A program made the position numbers and the translations under genes. A stretch of 64,000 nt of DNA from Candidatus Forterrea multitransposorum CG_2015-17_Forterrea_25_41. Lineage in GTDB: Archaea > Iainarchaeota > Iainarchaeia > Iainarchaeales > CSSED10-239. Position 1 is the first letter of the stretch. The number at the start of each line of letters is the position of its first letter. This document shows positions 18,318-27,957 of this stretch, piece after piece. Location of the stretch: NCBI GenBank assembly GCA_009392915.1, contig CP045477.1, forward strand, positions 96,001-160,000, written 5' to 3'. The notes below the pieces were generated by a model, which saw only the letters and a program-made list of their open reading frames with translations, made no database searches and was not told the origin of the DNA.

Positions 18318-19007
18318 ATGATTAAAAATATTATTGAAGTAAATAAACTTGAAAGAATATATTCTAATGGAATTGTTAAAACTTATGCCTTAAAAGACGT
18401 TTCTTTAAGTATAAAACCTGGTGAATTTGTTGCAATTATGGGGCCTAGTGGTTCTGGAAAAAGCACTTTACTTCATCAGTTAGGACTGTTAGATACTCCA
18501 ACTAATGGAAGTATTATTATTGATAATGAAGATGTATCGAAATTAACTGATAAACAAAAAACTACCTTTAGATTAGAAAAATTAGGTTATGTTTTTCAGT
18601 CATATAATTTATTACCAGAACTTAATGTTATTGAAAATGTTTTTTTAACCTCTATGGCTAAAGGTTTAGATCCTAAAGAATATAATTTGAGAGCAAAAGA
18701 TATTCTTGAAAAAGTAGGTTTAAAAGATAGATTGTATTATTATCCTTCTGAACTTTCTGGAGGTCAACAACAAAGAGTTTCTATTGCAAGAGCATTAGTT
18801 AATAAACCTAAAATTTTATTTGCAGATGAACCAACTGCAAATCTTGATTCTGATTCTTCTCAAGATATAATTGATTTATTTAAAAAATTAAATAAAGAAA
18901 TTAATCAAACTATTGTTATGGTAACACATGAATTAGAAGAAGGTAAAAAAGCAGATAGGATAATTTGGATTAAAGATGGTATTCTAGATAAGTCTGTAAA
19001 AGTTTAA
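18318..19007 (+). CDS. ABC transporter ATP-binding protein (MacB/LolD type)
   Basis: GPSGSGKST Walker A, LSGGQQQRVSIARAL signature, ILFADEPT Walker B. Confidence 0.85.
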   Translation: MIKNIIEVNKLERIYSNGIVKTYALKDVSLSIKPGEFVAIMGPSGSGKSTLLHQLGLLDTPTNGSIIIDNEDVSKLTDKQKTTFRLEKLGYVFQSYNLLPELNVIENVFLTSMAKGLDPKEYNLRAKDILEKVGLKDRLYYYPSELSGGQQQRVSIARALVNKPKILFADEPTANLDSDSSQDIIDLFKKLNKEINQTIVMVTHELEEGKKADRIIWIKDGILDKSVKV

Positions 19008-19108
19008 CTATTTATAAATAAAATATTTAATATTTTTATTATAACTATATTTTAAATAAAATTTAGATCTATAGATATTTTTATATATTTTATTAATATA
19101 GTTTATTT

Positions 19109-19618
19109 ATGAAGTCAAGATATATTTTATTAGTTTTAATATTGTTAATTATAATTATAGGTTTTATTATATTTTATAATAAATCAAATTCTAATTATTT
19201 TTTAAAAAATAATATTTTGGATAATAATTTATCTGTAGAAGAAATAAATGCTTTAAACGCAACTTTAAATGATGAATATAAAGCAGAAGCTATCTATCAA
19301 AAAGTTATTAATAAATTTGGAAATGTTCCACCTTTTGTAAATATTATGTCTGCTGAACAAAAACATAGTTCTTCTTTAATTATGTTATATAATAAATATA
19401 ATTTAACTATTCCAGAAAATGATTGGTATAATGAAGTTCCAGAATATGAAAGTGTTCAAGAAGCTTGTAAAGCAGGAGTTAATGCTGAAATTGAGAATGC
19501 TGCTTTATATGATGAAATGATGAAAAATATAACTCATGAAGATATAATTCAAGTTTTTAATTCCTTAAAAAATGCTTCTTTAGAAAAACATCTTCCTGCT
19601 TTTGAAAGATGTTCTTAA
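19109..19618 (+). CDS. DUF2202 ferritin-like domain protein, membrane-anchored
   Basis: N-terminal TM; LNDEYKAEAIYQKV...MSAEQKHSSSL...NAALYDEM...LEKHLPAF matches the DUF2202 ferritin-like pattern. Confidence 0.5.
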   Translation: MKSRYILLVLILLIIIIGFIIFYNKSNSNYFLKNNILDNNLSVEEINALNATLNDEYKAEAIYQKVINKFGNVPPFVNIMSAEQKHSSSLIMLYNKYNLTIPENDWYNEVPEYESVQEACKAGVNAEIENAALYDEMMKNITHEDIIQVFNSLKNASLEKHLPAFERCS

Positions 19619-19799
19619 TTAGTTGTATTAAATTTCATTTTTCTTTGAGGTTCAATTTCCGCCAGAAGCTTTGCTTTTTAATTTATGTTATTTTAATTTA
19701 TTTTTTATTACTTTTAGAAATAAATCTATTTAAATAGTTTATTTTTATATATATGTATTATTCGCGAATAATGTTGGACAAAAATTTTGAGGTGGTTGT

Positions 19800-20474
19800 G
19801 TGTTTGATATCGCAGATTTTCCAAAATTAGAATCTCCCTTTATAAGAAAAACTATTAATGAAAAATATATAGTAACTTTTGAGATTAATCCTAAATATAA
19901 ATGGATTTTTAATAGAAACATTGTTTTAGCTTCAGAAAAGATAGATGGAACTAATGTTTCAATAATTATAAATAAAGGAAAAATAATTGATATATACAAT
20001 AGAAAAAATAAAATTGAAATATTAGCAAATAAAAAATATTTTAGATTTATAGATGGTATCAACTATGCCTTATATAAAGAATTATTTAGAACAAATAAAT
20101 CTATGCAAATATTTGGAGAATTAATTGGGCCAACAGTTAATGGAAATCCCTATAATGAAGTAAGAAACATATGGGTGCCTTTTTCTTACTTAAAAGAAAA
20201 ATGTGAATTTAAATTTTGGAATAAATTTTTAGAAGAAGAAATTGACGGTAAAGATTTAAGCGAAAAAGAAATATTTGAAAAAACATCAAATATTTTTAAA
20301 AATCTTTGGAGTCTTTATTATAGAAGAAAAACAGGCGAAAAGATATTTGCTGAAGGAATTGTATTTTATAATAAAGAAACTGGAGAGATGTGTAAACTAA
20401 GAAGAGATATGTTTGATTGGTATGAAGGAATTAGTCATGATTTTTTTAAAGCTAAAGCAAAAAAAGATCTATAA
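19800..20474 (+). CDS. stand-alone Rnl2-like ATP-dependent RNA ligase adenylyltransferase domain
   Basis: 224 aa; motif I EKIDGTN (KxDGxN), FGELIG (motif III-like), AEGIVFY (motif IV EGxV), CKLRRD (motif V Lys); GTG start 6 nt after SD GAGGTGG. Confidence 0.5.
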   Translation: MFDIADFPKLESPFIRKTINEKYIVTFEINPKYKWIFNRNIVLASEKIDGTNVSIIINKGKIIDIYNRKNKIEILANKKYFRFIDGINYALYKELFRTNKSMQIFGELIGPTVNGNPYNEVRNIWVPFSYLKEKCEFKFWNKFLEEEIDGKDLSEKEIFEKTSNIFKNLWSLYYRRKTGEKIFAEGIVFYNKETGEMCKLRRDMFDWYEGISHDFFKAKAKKDL

Positions 20475-20560
20475 AATGTAATTTTTATAAACATATTTTA
20501 TATTACTCACATCTGTGTATTACTCACAATCTTTTTAAATGTTTTGAGTAATACATATTT

Positions 20561-21496
20561 ATGAGTTATTTATCTAAACTTAAAAGAAATAATAAAACAT
20601 ATTATTATCTTGTAGAAAATATTCCTATATCTAAAGGTAGGCGAAAACAAATTAGAAAATATATAGGGACAATTAAACCTACAGATCAAAAATTATCTTT
20701 AGAACTATTAAAGTTTGAAAAAGAAATTACTTCTAAAAAAAAACAAATGCAAGGATTTACCTATTTAACTAAAGAAGAAATAAAAGAAGTAGATGAAATT
20801 AATTCAAATTTTTGGAAAAAATATAATAAATTATCAAAAACTGAGAGAGAAGAATTTTGGAATAATTTTATTGGAATTTTTGTTTTTAACACAAACTCAA
20901 TAGAAGGTTCAACTTTAACATTAAAGGAAGTTGAACTACTATTATCTGAAAATATATCTCCAAATAGACCTTTAGAAGATGTTTTAGAAGCAAAATCTGC
21001 AAAAAAAGCAATTAATTTTATTTTAAATTATAAATCTGATTTGTCAATAGATTTAATTACTAAAATTCATAAAATATATTTTAAAGAAAGCTTTCCAGAT
21101 ATAGCTGGTAAATTTAAAAGATTAAATAATAGAATAAAAGGATCAAAATTTGATACTACTCCAAAAGAACTAGTTTTAACTGATTTAAAAATACTTATAG
21201 ATAATTATAAAAAATTTAAAAAAGAATTACATCCAATAGAATTATCTGCTTGGTTGCATTGGTCTTTTGTAAAAATTCATCCTTTTCAAGATGGAAATGG
21301 AAGAATTTCAAGATTACTTATGAATTTTATACTTTTTAAAAATAAATATGCTTTAATAGATATTAAAACAAAAGAAAAACAAACATATTTTAATTCTCTT
21401 GAAAAATGTAATTATTTGAATAATGGAAAACCATTAGCTCAAAGATTAGTTAGAAGATTTAAAAAACAGTATAAAAATATATTTTCAAATTTATAG
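20561..21496 (+). CDS. Fic/Doc family protein (class II, self-inhibited AMPylase-like)
   Basis: HPFQDGNGRISR is the canonical Fic motif HxFx(D/E)GNGRxxR; upstream TNSIEGS matches the inhibitory-helix motif (S/T)xxxE(G/N). Confidence 0.8.
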   Translation: MSYLSKLKRNNKTYYYLVENIPISKGRRKQIRKYIGTIKPTDQKLSLELLKFEKEITSKKKQMQGFTYLTKEEIKEVDEINSNFWKKYNKLSKTEREEFWNNFIGIFVFNTNSIEGSTLTLKEVELLLSENISPNRPLEDVLEAKSAKKAINFILNYKSDLSIDLITKIHKIYFKESFPDIAGKFKRLNNRIKGSKFDTTPKELVLTDLKILIDNYKKFKKELHPIELSAWLHWSFVKIHPFQDGNGRISRLLMNFILFKNKYALIDIKTKEKQTYFNSLEKCNYLNNGKPLAQRLVRRFKKQYKNIFSNL

Positions 21497-21525
21497 TTTT
21501 ATTAATTTTTTTTTAAAAGAAAAAA

Positions 21526-22272
21526 CTATTTATAACTTAAAAGCTTTTTAACATTTATATTCTCATTAAAAATCTCTTTTGACATTCCTTCAACATGTCC
21601 AGCACCAACAACAACCACAATGCTGTTAACATCTTCTTGTTGTAAGATCTGTCTAATACCATAAGCCATAAACTGATCTCTCTCATCAATCATTATTCTC
21701 TTTAAGGTCTTATGTCTTTTCATGAAAATTTCAAGAAGTTTATTTAGTTTGTCACCACTCTCTTCATCATCAACGCTTTTTAAAAGAACATTTACATCAA
21801 AGTCTTTACCAAGTTCTTTTCTTGTGTTAAATCCTCCAAAGAAAAGTCTAAATTTATCTCTAAAGGTTAAATTTTTTAAAAGTTTACTTAAAGTAAACTC
21901 TGCATCTCTATCCAGAAGTAAAAGCTTTGATTTATTCTCTTGAGCAGAAATAACTCCTTGCATCATTTCTTCTCCAGGAGTTGTATCAAATTTACTTGCA
22001 ATTTTTTTTTGAAATTTTTGTAAAACATAATATACTAAAAAAAGTCCAGGTTTTTTAGCTCTAAAAATATCTTTTAATCTAATCTCTCTTTTATTTTCTT
22101 TTGTCATCATGCTTTGAAATCTTTTTCTATCAAGCTCAATTCCAACAACATCAGGTTTTTCTAAATCAATAGTTTCTTTTACTTTTTCCTTGCTTTTTTT
22201 AGAAATATGTGCTGTTCCAACAATAATTATTTTTTTATTATTATAAAAAATAGTTTTAATCATAATTTTCAC
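21526..22272 (-). CDS. TraB/GumN family protein
   Basis: 248 aa; IIVGTAHISKKS...VVGIELD N-terminal pattern and a C-terminal GAGH motif typical of TraB/PrgY-like proteins. Confidence 0.55.
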   Translation of the reverse strand: MKIMIKTIFYNNKKIIIVGTAHISKKSKEKVKETIDLEKPDVVGIELDRKRFQSMMTKENKREIRLKDIFRAKKPGLFLVYYVLQKFQKKIASKFDTTPGEEMMQGVISAQENKSKLLLLDRDAEFTLSKLLKNLTFRDKFRLFFGGFNTRKELGKDFDVNVLLKSVDDEESGDKLNKLLEIFMKRHKTLKRIMIDERDQFMAYGIRQILQQEDVNSIVVVVGAGHVEGMSKEIFNENINVKKLLSYK

Positions 22273-22380
22273 TTAAAATAAACATTTAAATAGGTTTTTA
22301 ATATATTATATATTATAAATAATAGGAAACATTTTTAATATGTTTTTAAAATATTTAAATTAAGGAAAATCAAGATATAT

Positions 22381-25300
22381 ATGAAAAATAAGATACTAAT
22401 AATTTTTTTATTTACAATTTTACTTTCAACTTTTATTTTTTCAGATCCTGTTGTAAAGATAAATGATAATTTAACAACATATACAAACAGTGATTCTGAA
22501 AACTTCTATGTTGAAGTAAGTAATACTGGAGATAATTGTGAAGTTGAATCTGATTTTATAAGTATTAATTTAAGTTCAGATGCAGCAAGTTCTTTTCCAT
22601 ATTTAATATACTGTAATCTTGAAAGAAATTATAGTGGTTATTTTTCAGTAGATTTTTCAACAAACACACCAACACCTCCAATACCAAATGTTTTAGTTAA
22701 TAATGAAGATACTGTTATTGCAGACTATAATGGGTTTACTGCTAATTTAGTAGTTGACACAATAAATACTATAACAGGAACTTTTGATTTAAATTCTGTT
22801 GATTCAGTTGTAAATAATTACTATAAAGGAGATGTTGAAGTTACTTCTTTAAGTTCTTTTTCAGATGCACATTCTGGTTTAAAAGAATATTACATTTATA
22901 TTGTTGAAGTTGATTCAGTAAATGACTATAGAGATGATTATTATAAGAGATTAATTGTAGATGTTAATGAAACTTCTATTGATTTAGGTACATCTACAAC
23001 TGTTTCTGATGGAAATTATTTTGTTTTAGTTGAAGCTTTAGATTATGCTGAAAATCTTGCAATACCTTCTCAAGTAATTTTAAATAAAAAAAATATGTAT
23101 GTTGATAATACAGCACCTCAAGTAACTTCTTTTAGTTTAGGAAGTTTTTCAGAAGGTACAACTTATTATGTTCCTTCAACAACTACTACTTTGACTTTAT
23201 TAATTGAAGATGATGGTGTAGGGGTAAGGAATGAACCTCTATATACACAAATAGATAGAGATAGTGTAAAGTTAGCAGATTATAATTCTATATTAGGCGG
23301 TTTCTTTTTTGATTTTACAACAGTTGATTATGATATTGATGGTTCATATGAGCTTGCAGCAACAGATCTTTTAGGTAATTTAAATGAAAAAACATTTTCA
23401 ATAATGATAGATGAAACTTCTCCAACAACTCCAACAATTTCAACAGTTACAAGAGCTGTAGATAATAATGTTACAATTTCAAATTGGGGTACTTCAACTG
23501 ATTCTGGAAGTGGTTTAAAAGAATACAAAGTCTATAGGTCAACTTCTTCTTTTACAGAAGTTTCAAATCAAGATTTAATTTGTACAGTTTCTGCAGCTGC
23601 TTCAAAAACTTGTCTTGATTCAACTTCAAAATCAGATGATACAAGATATTATTATGGTGTTACTGCAGTTGATAATGCAGGAAATAATAGTCCAGTTGTA
23701 ACTGCAAGCATAAAAACAGGTCCTGAACTTGATATTTATATTGATTTAGAAGATTCTGATTTTGTAAATACTGTTACTCCAGAGATAACTTTAGAGTATG
23801 GTTCTGATGTTAATGCTGTTAGATTTAGTTGTAATGCTTCAACTTTTACATCATGGGTTGAAGTTTCGGGAACTTCTGAGGTTTATGAAAGTTTTAATGT
23901 AACTTCTGGAAATGGATGTAATACAGATCAAGGAGATAAAATAATTTATGTTGAAGCAAGAAGTGAAGACGATCCTTATCTTATTACTAGAGAATCTTTT
24001 GAGTTTGAACTTGATTCAAAAGCACCAACAATACCTAGTAACATAGAAGTTTTAGAACAAGCAAATGGTTCTTTAAATATTTCTTGGACAAGCTCAACAG
24101 ATGTAAATGGTAGTGGTCTTGAAGAATACAGGATTTATTATTCAGAATCTGAGTCAGTTTCTAAATCCTCACAATATATGACTTCTTCAGATGAAGAGTA
24201 TATTTTTAATCCTAATGAAGATAAAACATTTTATTTTAAAATATCTGCAATTGATGAAGCATTAAATGAATCTGATCTTTCATCTATTGCTTCTGGAACT
24301 GCAAAAAGATTTGGACCTTCTTTTACTTTTAATGCAAGCCCAAAAAATTTAATTGATGATGTTTATTATTTAAAAAAAGGAAATGTTTTATTTACTATTA
24401 CAAGTAGTGAAGAATTAAAACAAACACCTATTATTAGACTTAAAATTGGTAATTCACCTTATAAATCAATTTCTGCAATTTATAGTAATTTAATTACAAC
24501 TTTTAATTATTCTTTAGAAGAAAGTGGAGATTCAATTTTAGAAATTACAGGTACAAATAATAATAATGAAACAACAACTGATACTTTTAATTTTATAGTA
24601 GATGCAGAAGTTCCAACTTTTACTGCTGACTATAATTTCTTTGAAGATACTAAATTATATGAATTTAAAATAAGTGATTTTTCAGATGATGTTTTCAGAG
24701 TTCAATATTTATTTAATAATGTTGAAGAAGTTTGTTTTATTGAAGATTCAAATAACAATTATCTTTGTTCACTTGATTCTACTCTTTATAAAGATGGTAA
24801 TCATAAAATGTATGTTTTAGTTTATGATAGAGCATTAAATTATGAAACTGAAATTATTTCTTTTGAAATAGATAATGTTGATGAAGCTTTAATTTTAAAA
24901 GAAAATTTAGTTGCTGAAATTAATACAAATATTTTTACAATTGAAGATAGAATTTCTTTCCTTCAAGCAATCTCTTTAGAAGTTTCTCAAGATGTTTTAG
25001 ATAAATTTTCTGAAGCTAAAGAAAAAGTTGTTCTTGCAAAATCTCTAGAAGATTCAAATAATTTTTCAGAAGCTGTAAATACTTATACTTCTGTAAATAA
25101 TTCTTTACTTGAGATATTAGAAGTTTTACCTACAGAAAATGTTTTAAAAACAAAAACTATTGAAATTGATCTTTTAGATAATTCTTTTGATCTTAATACA
25201 GTTATTTTGGATCAAAATATATTAACTGATAATTTGTCTTTTTATGATGTTAATAATCAAGACCTAAATTTTATATCAGTTTCAAGAGAATTTAGTGTTT

Positions 25301-25959
25301 TTGAAGTATCTGGTCAAAACTTTTATTCTAGTAATTTAATTTTTGTAAATGACTCTAATGTAGATAAAGTAATTTCTTTTATTGAAGTAATACCTAAAGA
25401 ATTTGAAAAATCTTCAGATAATATTTATTTTGATAGAAATATTGTTGTAATTGATAAAGATCCAATAATTCTTTATAATTTAGTAATTCCTAAAAATTCT
25501 TCTCTTACAACAAAATATATTAGTCAAACAGCAATTACAAGTTTTGATATTTTAACTAAATTTGATGCAATTGTTTACAAGTCTCCTCTTCTTTTAACTG
25601 GATCTGTAAATTTAGAAGATTTAAATTTTGAAAAACCTTTAATTGATAGTAAATCTTTATTTATGATAGCAGTTGTTCTTTTAATAATAATTATCTTACT
25701 TTTAGTAATCTGGATGGTGGCTTCTGGTCGTAAGAAAAAAGAAGATGTCTTTAAAGAAATGGAACCTAAGGATGCTATGAATAAATATCTTGGAAATAAA
25801 CTAAATAGTAATTCTCAAGAAAAATCTTCAACTGATTCTTCTTCATCTAAAACTTTAGAAGAAAAAGAAGAAGAGCATAAAAGTGATCTTGAAAAGAAAA
25901 AGAAGTATGATAGTAATTATGAGTTTATTTTAGATGCTGTTAAAAGAAGTAATAAATAA
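22381..25959 (+). CDS. large secreted surface protein with C-terminal TM anchor (S-layer/adhesin-like)
   Basis: 1192 aa; Sec signal peptide; Thr/Ser/Asn-rich beta-rich body with Ig/FN3-like segments; C-terminal LFMIAVVLLIIIILLLVIWMVASGRKKK anchor plus a 70-aa charged tail. Confidence 0.5.
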   Translation: MKNKILIIFLFTILLSTFIFSDPVVKINDNLTTYTNSDSENFYVEVSNTGDNCEVESDFISINLSSDAASSFPYLIYCNLERNYSGYFSVDFSTNTPTPPIPNVLVNNEDTVIADYNGFTANLVVDTINTITGTFDLNSVDSVVNNYYKGDVEVTSLSSFSDAHSGLKEYYIYIVEVDSVNDYRDDYYKRLIVDVNETSIDLGTSTTVSDGNYFVLVEALDYAENLAIPSQVILNKKNMYVDNTAPQVTSFSLGSFSEGTTYYVPSTTTTLTLLIEDDGVGVRNEPLYTQIDRDSVKLADYNSILGGFFFDFTTVDYDIDGSYELAATDLLGNLNEKTFSIMIDETSPTTPTISTVTRAVDNNVTISNWGTSTDSGSGLKEYKVYRSTSSFTEVSNQDLICTVSAAASKTCLDSTSKSDDTRYYYGVTAVDNAGNNSPVVTASIKTGPELDIYIDLEDSDFVNTVTPEITLEYGSDVNAVRFSCNASTFTSWVEVSGTSEVYESFNVTSGNGCNTDQGDKIIYVEARSEDDPYLITRESFEFELDSKAPTIPSNIEVLEQANGSLNISWTSSTDVNGSGLEEYRIYYSESESVSKSSQYMTSSDEEYIFNPNEDKTFYFKISAIDEALNESDLSSIASGTAKRFGPSFTFNASPKNLIDDVYYLKKGNVLFTITSSEELKQTPIIRLKIGNSPYKSISAIYSNLITTFNYSLEESGDSILEITGTNNNNETTTDTFNFIVDAEVPTFTADYNFFEDTKLYEFKISDFSDDVFRVQYLFNNVEEVCFIEDSNNNYLCSLDSTLYKDGNHKMYVLVYDRALNYETEIISFEIDNVDEALILKENLVAEINTNIFTIEDRISFLQAISLEVSQDVLDKFSEAKEKVVLAKSLEDSNNFSEAVNTYTSVNNSLLEILEVLPTENVLKTKTIEIDLLDNSFDLNTVILDQNILTDNLSFYDVNNQDLNFISVSREFSVFEVSGQNFYSSNLIFVNDSNVDKVISFIEVIPKEFEKSSDNIYFDRNIVVIDKDPIILYNLVIPKNSSLTTKYISQTAITSFDILTKFDAIVYKSPLLLTGSVNLEDLNFEKPLIDSKSLFMIAVVLLIIIILLLVIWMVASGRKKKEDVFKEMEPKDAMNKYLGNKLNSNSQEKSSTDSSSSKTLEEKEEEHKSDLEKKKKYDSNYEFILDAVKRSNK

Positions 25960-25971
25960 TTTTGAAAAAAT

Positions 25972-27156
25972 ATGATTGAAGGTATAGATAAAAGAATAAT
26001 TATTGTTGGTGGTGGACCAACAGGACTTTATTGTGCTTATCTTTTAAAAAAATTAAATCCAAATATAATTATTACAGTCATAGAAGAACATAAAACTTGT
26101 GGTTCTCCAATGTGTTGTAGTGGTTTAATTGATGTTTCTGGTTATAATAGATTAAAGCTTAAAAATTTTTTAGTTTTAAAAGACTTTTTAATAAATAAAA
26201 TATATGGATCTCACATCTATGGTCCTTTAGAAGCAAAAATAGATGTTCTTTCAAAAGATGTTAAAGCATATGTTATTGATAGAGAAAAATTTGATAATAG
26301 TATAAAAGAATTAGCCTTAAGTTTTGATGTTGAACTTTTATCTGGAAAAAGAGTTGTTTCTATTGAAAATAATTTTGTAACTTTTAAAGATTTAGAAACT
26401 GATTCTGAAGAACAATTAAGATACGATTATTTAGTTGGAGCAGATGGTCCTAATTCTTTGGTGAGAAAAACTTTTTTCCCTGAAATTAAAAACTCAGAGT
26501 TTGTGCATACTTATCAAGTAACAGTTGAAGGAAATTTTGATAATAGAAATGTTTCTGTTTATTTAGGTGATTTTGCAAAAGGTTTATTTGCATGGATTGT
26601 TCCTGAATCATCAAGTGTTGCAAAAATTGGTTTAGGTGTTTCTTTAGGTAAAAATCCTAAAGATGCTTTTTTAAAATTTAAAGAAAAATATAAATTGACT
26701 TATCAAAGAGAGATTTATGAATGTTCAGGTATATTGCCTATCTCTAAACCATTAAAAAATTTAGTGCATGACAATGTTTTACTTGTTGGAGATGCTGCTT
26801 GTTTTGTAAAGTCTACAACTGGAGGAGGAGTGAATTTTGGACTTCTTTCTTCTGAAATGGCATCAAAAGCAATTAATGAAAGAATTAAAGAGTATAAGTC
26901 TCTTAAAAACTATAATACTTTATTAAAAAAATACCGTAAAGAATTAAATACTCATTATAAGATTAGGAATTATTTATTGTCTAAAAATTTTGTAGAACAA
27001 GATAAATTGCTTTTAAAGATTAAAGATTCAAATATTCATAAAATTTTAGAAGAATATGGCAACATGGATTATCCTAGTGAATTTTTATCAAAGATTTTTA
27101 CAAATAAAAATAGTTTTTTATTAATTCCTGAATTTTTTAAATTTATTATTAAATAG
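25972..27156 (+). CDS. geranylgeranyl reductase family FAD-dependent oxidoreductase
   Basis: IIIVGGGPTGL dinucleotide-binding motif, PMCCSG, LVGDAA...GGG; typical of archaeal lipid reductases. Confidence 0.6.
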   Translation: MIEGIDKRIIIVGGGPTGLYCAYLLKKLNPNIIITVIEEHKTCGSPMCCSGLIDVSGYNRLKLKNFLVLKDFLINKIYGSHIYGPLEAKIDVLSKDVKAYVIDREKFDNSIKELALSFDVELLSGKRVVSIENNFVTFKDLETDSEEQLRYDYLVGADGPNSLVRKTFFPEIKNSEFVHTYQVTVEGNFDNRNVSVYLGDFAKGLFAWIVPESSSVAKIGLGVSLGKNPKDAFLKFKEKYKLTYQREIYECSGILPISKPLKNLVHDNVLLVGDAACFVKSTTGGGVNFGLLSSEMASKAINERIKEYKSLKNYNTLLKKYRKELNTHYKIRNYLLSKNFVEQDKLLLKIKDSNIHKILEEYGNMDYPSEFLSKIFTNKNSFLLIPEFFKFIIK

Positions 27157-27769
27157 ATTTATTTTCTAATTTTTCAATTTCTCTTTCAAAATCTTTCCAA
27201 CTTTCAATTTTTTTAGTATTTTTAGGAAGTGGTCTTTTTTTATTCCATTTATATTGATTATTTTTATCAAATAAAAAAAGTTTTGTTTTTGAATTTTTTG
27301 AAGCTATGTCTTTTATTTCATCTAAATTATCTTCAATTACAACATCTATTTTAAATTTATTTACTAAATCTCCTTTAGTAAATATAGGTTCATTTTTATC
27401 TGTATTTTTATAATCAATAAATAATATTTCTTCAAATTTATTTTTATAATGTTTATCAATCCAAAGAATTGTTTGAAATTTAACTTTACTATTTCTTGCT
27501 GTAATTATATATATTTGATGTTTTAAACTTAATTTCTTAATAACTCTTGTAGAGCCTTTAATAGGTTTCATTGATAAATGTTTTTCTGTATTAAGAAATT
27601 CTTCCCAGTCATTATAAAAACTATTAAAATCAGAATGGAATAAATCATAGCCTGATGGTTTTTTTGAATGCACTTCTTTTTTTTTAAGAGAATATTTTTT
27701 ATTTAAATAGTTAATAATTGTTTTGAAAGTAGGTGCAATGGTATTATCAATATCTATTCCAATTTTCAT
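27149..27769 (-). CDS. HAD-superfamily hydrolase (5'(3')-deoxyribonucleotidase-like)
   Basis: N-terminal MKIGIDIDNTI (DxDxT HAD motif I); ~200 aa. Confidence 0.5.
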   Translation of the reverse strand: MKIGIDIDNTIAPTFKTIINYLNKKYSLKKKEVHSKKPSGYDLFHSDFNSFYNDWEEFLNTEKHLSMKPIKGSTRVIKKLSLKHQIYIITARNSKVKFQTILWIDKHYKNKFEEILFIDYKNTDKNEPIFTKGDLVNKFKIDVVIEDNLDEIKDIASKNSKTKLFLFDKNNQYKWNKKRPLPKNTKKIESWKDFEREIEKLENKSI

Positions 27770-27802
27770 AATTAATCATATTTTATTATATATATTAAAT
27801 AT

Positions 27803-27874
27803 AGCTCGGAGGAGATTCGAACTCCTGTCGTAAGATCCAGGGTCTTACATGCTTGGCCTCTACACTACCGAGCT
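27803..27874 (-). tRNA. tRNA-Gln (anticodon CUG), atypical C33
   Basis: manual fold of the minus-strand sequence AGCTCGG-TA-GTGT-AGAGGCCAA-GCAT-G-TAAGA-CCCTGGA-TCTTA-CGAC-AGGAG-TTCGAAT-CTCCT-CCGAGCT; 7-bp acceptor and GGAGTTCGAATCTCC T-arm; colinear with the tRNA-Gln(UUG) at 46239-46310; no CCA encoded. Confidence 0.7.
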
Positions 27875-27957
27875 TTTTTTGTTTTTAAATCTTTCTTTAT
27901 ATATAATATATTTATCATATAAAAATCTATTTAAAACAATTGTATTAATATATAATT

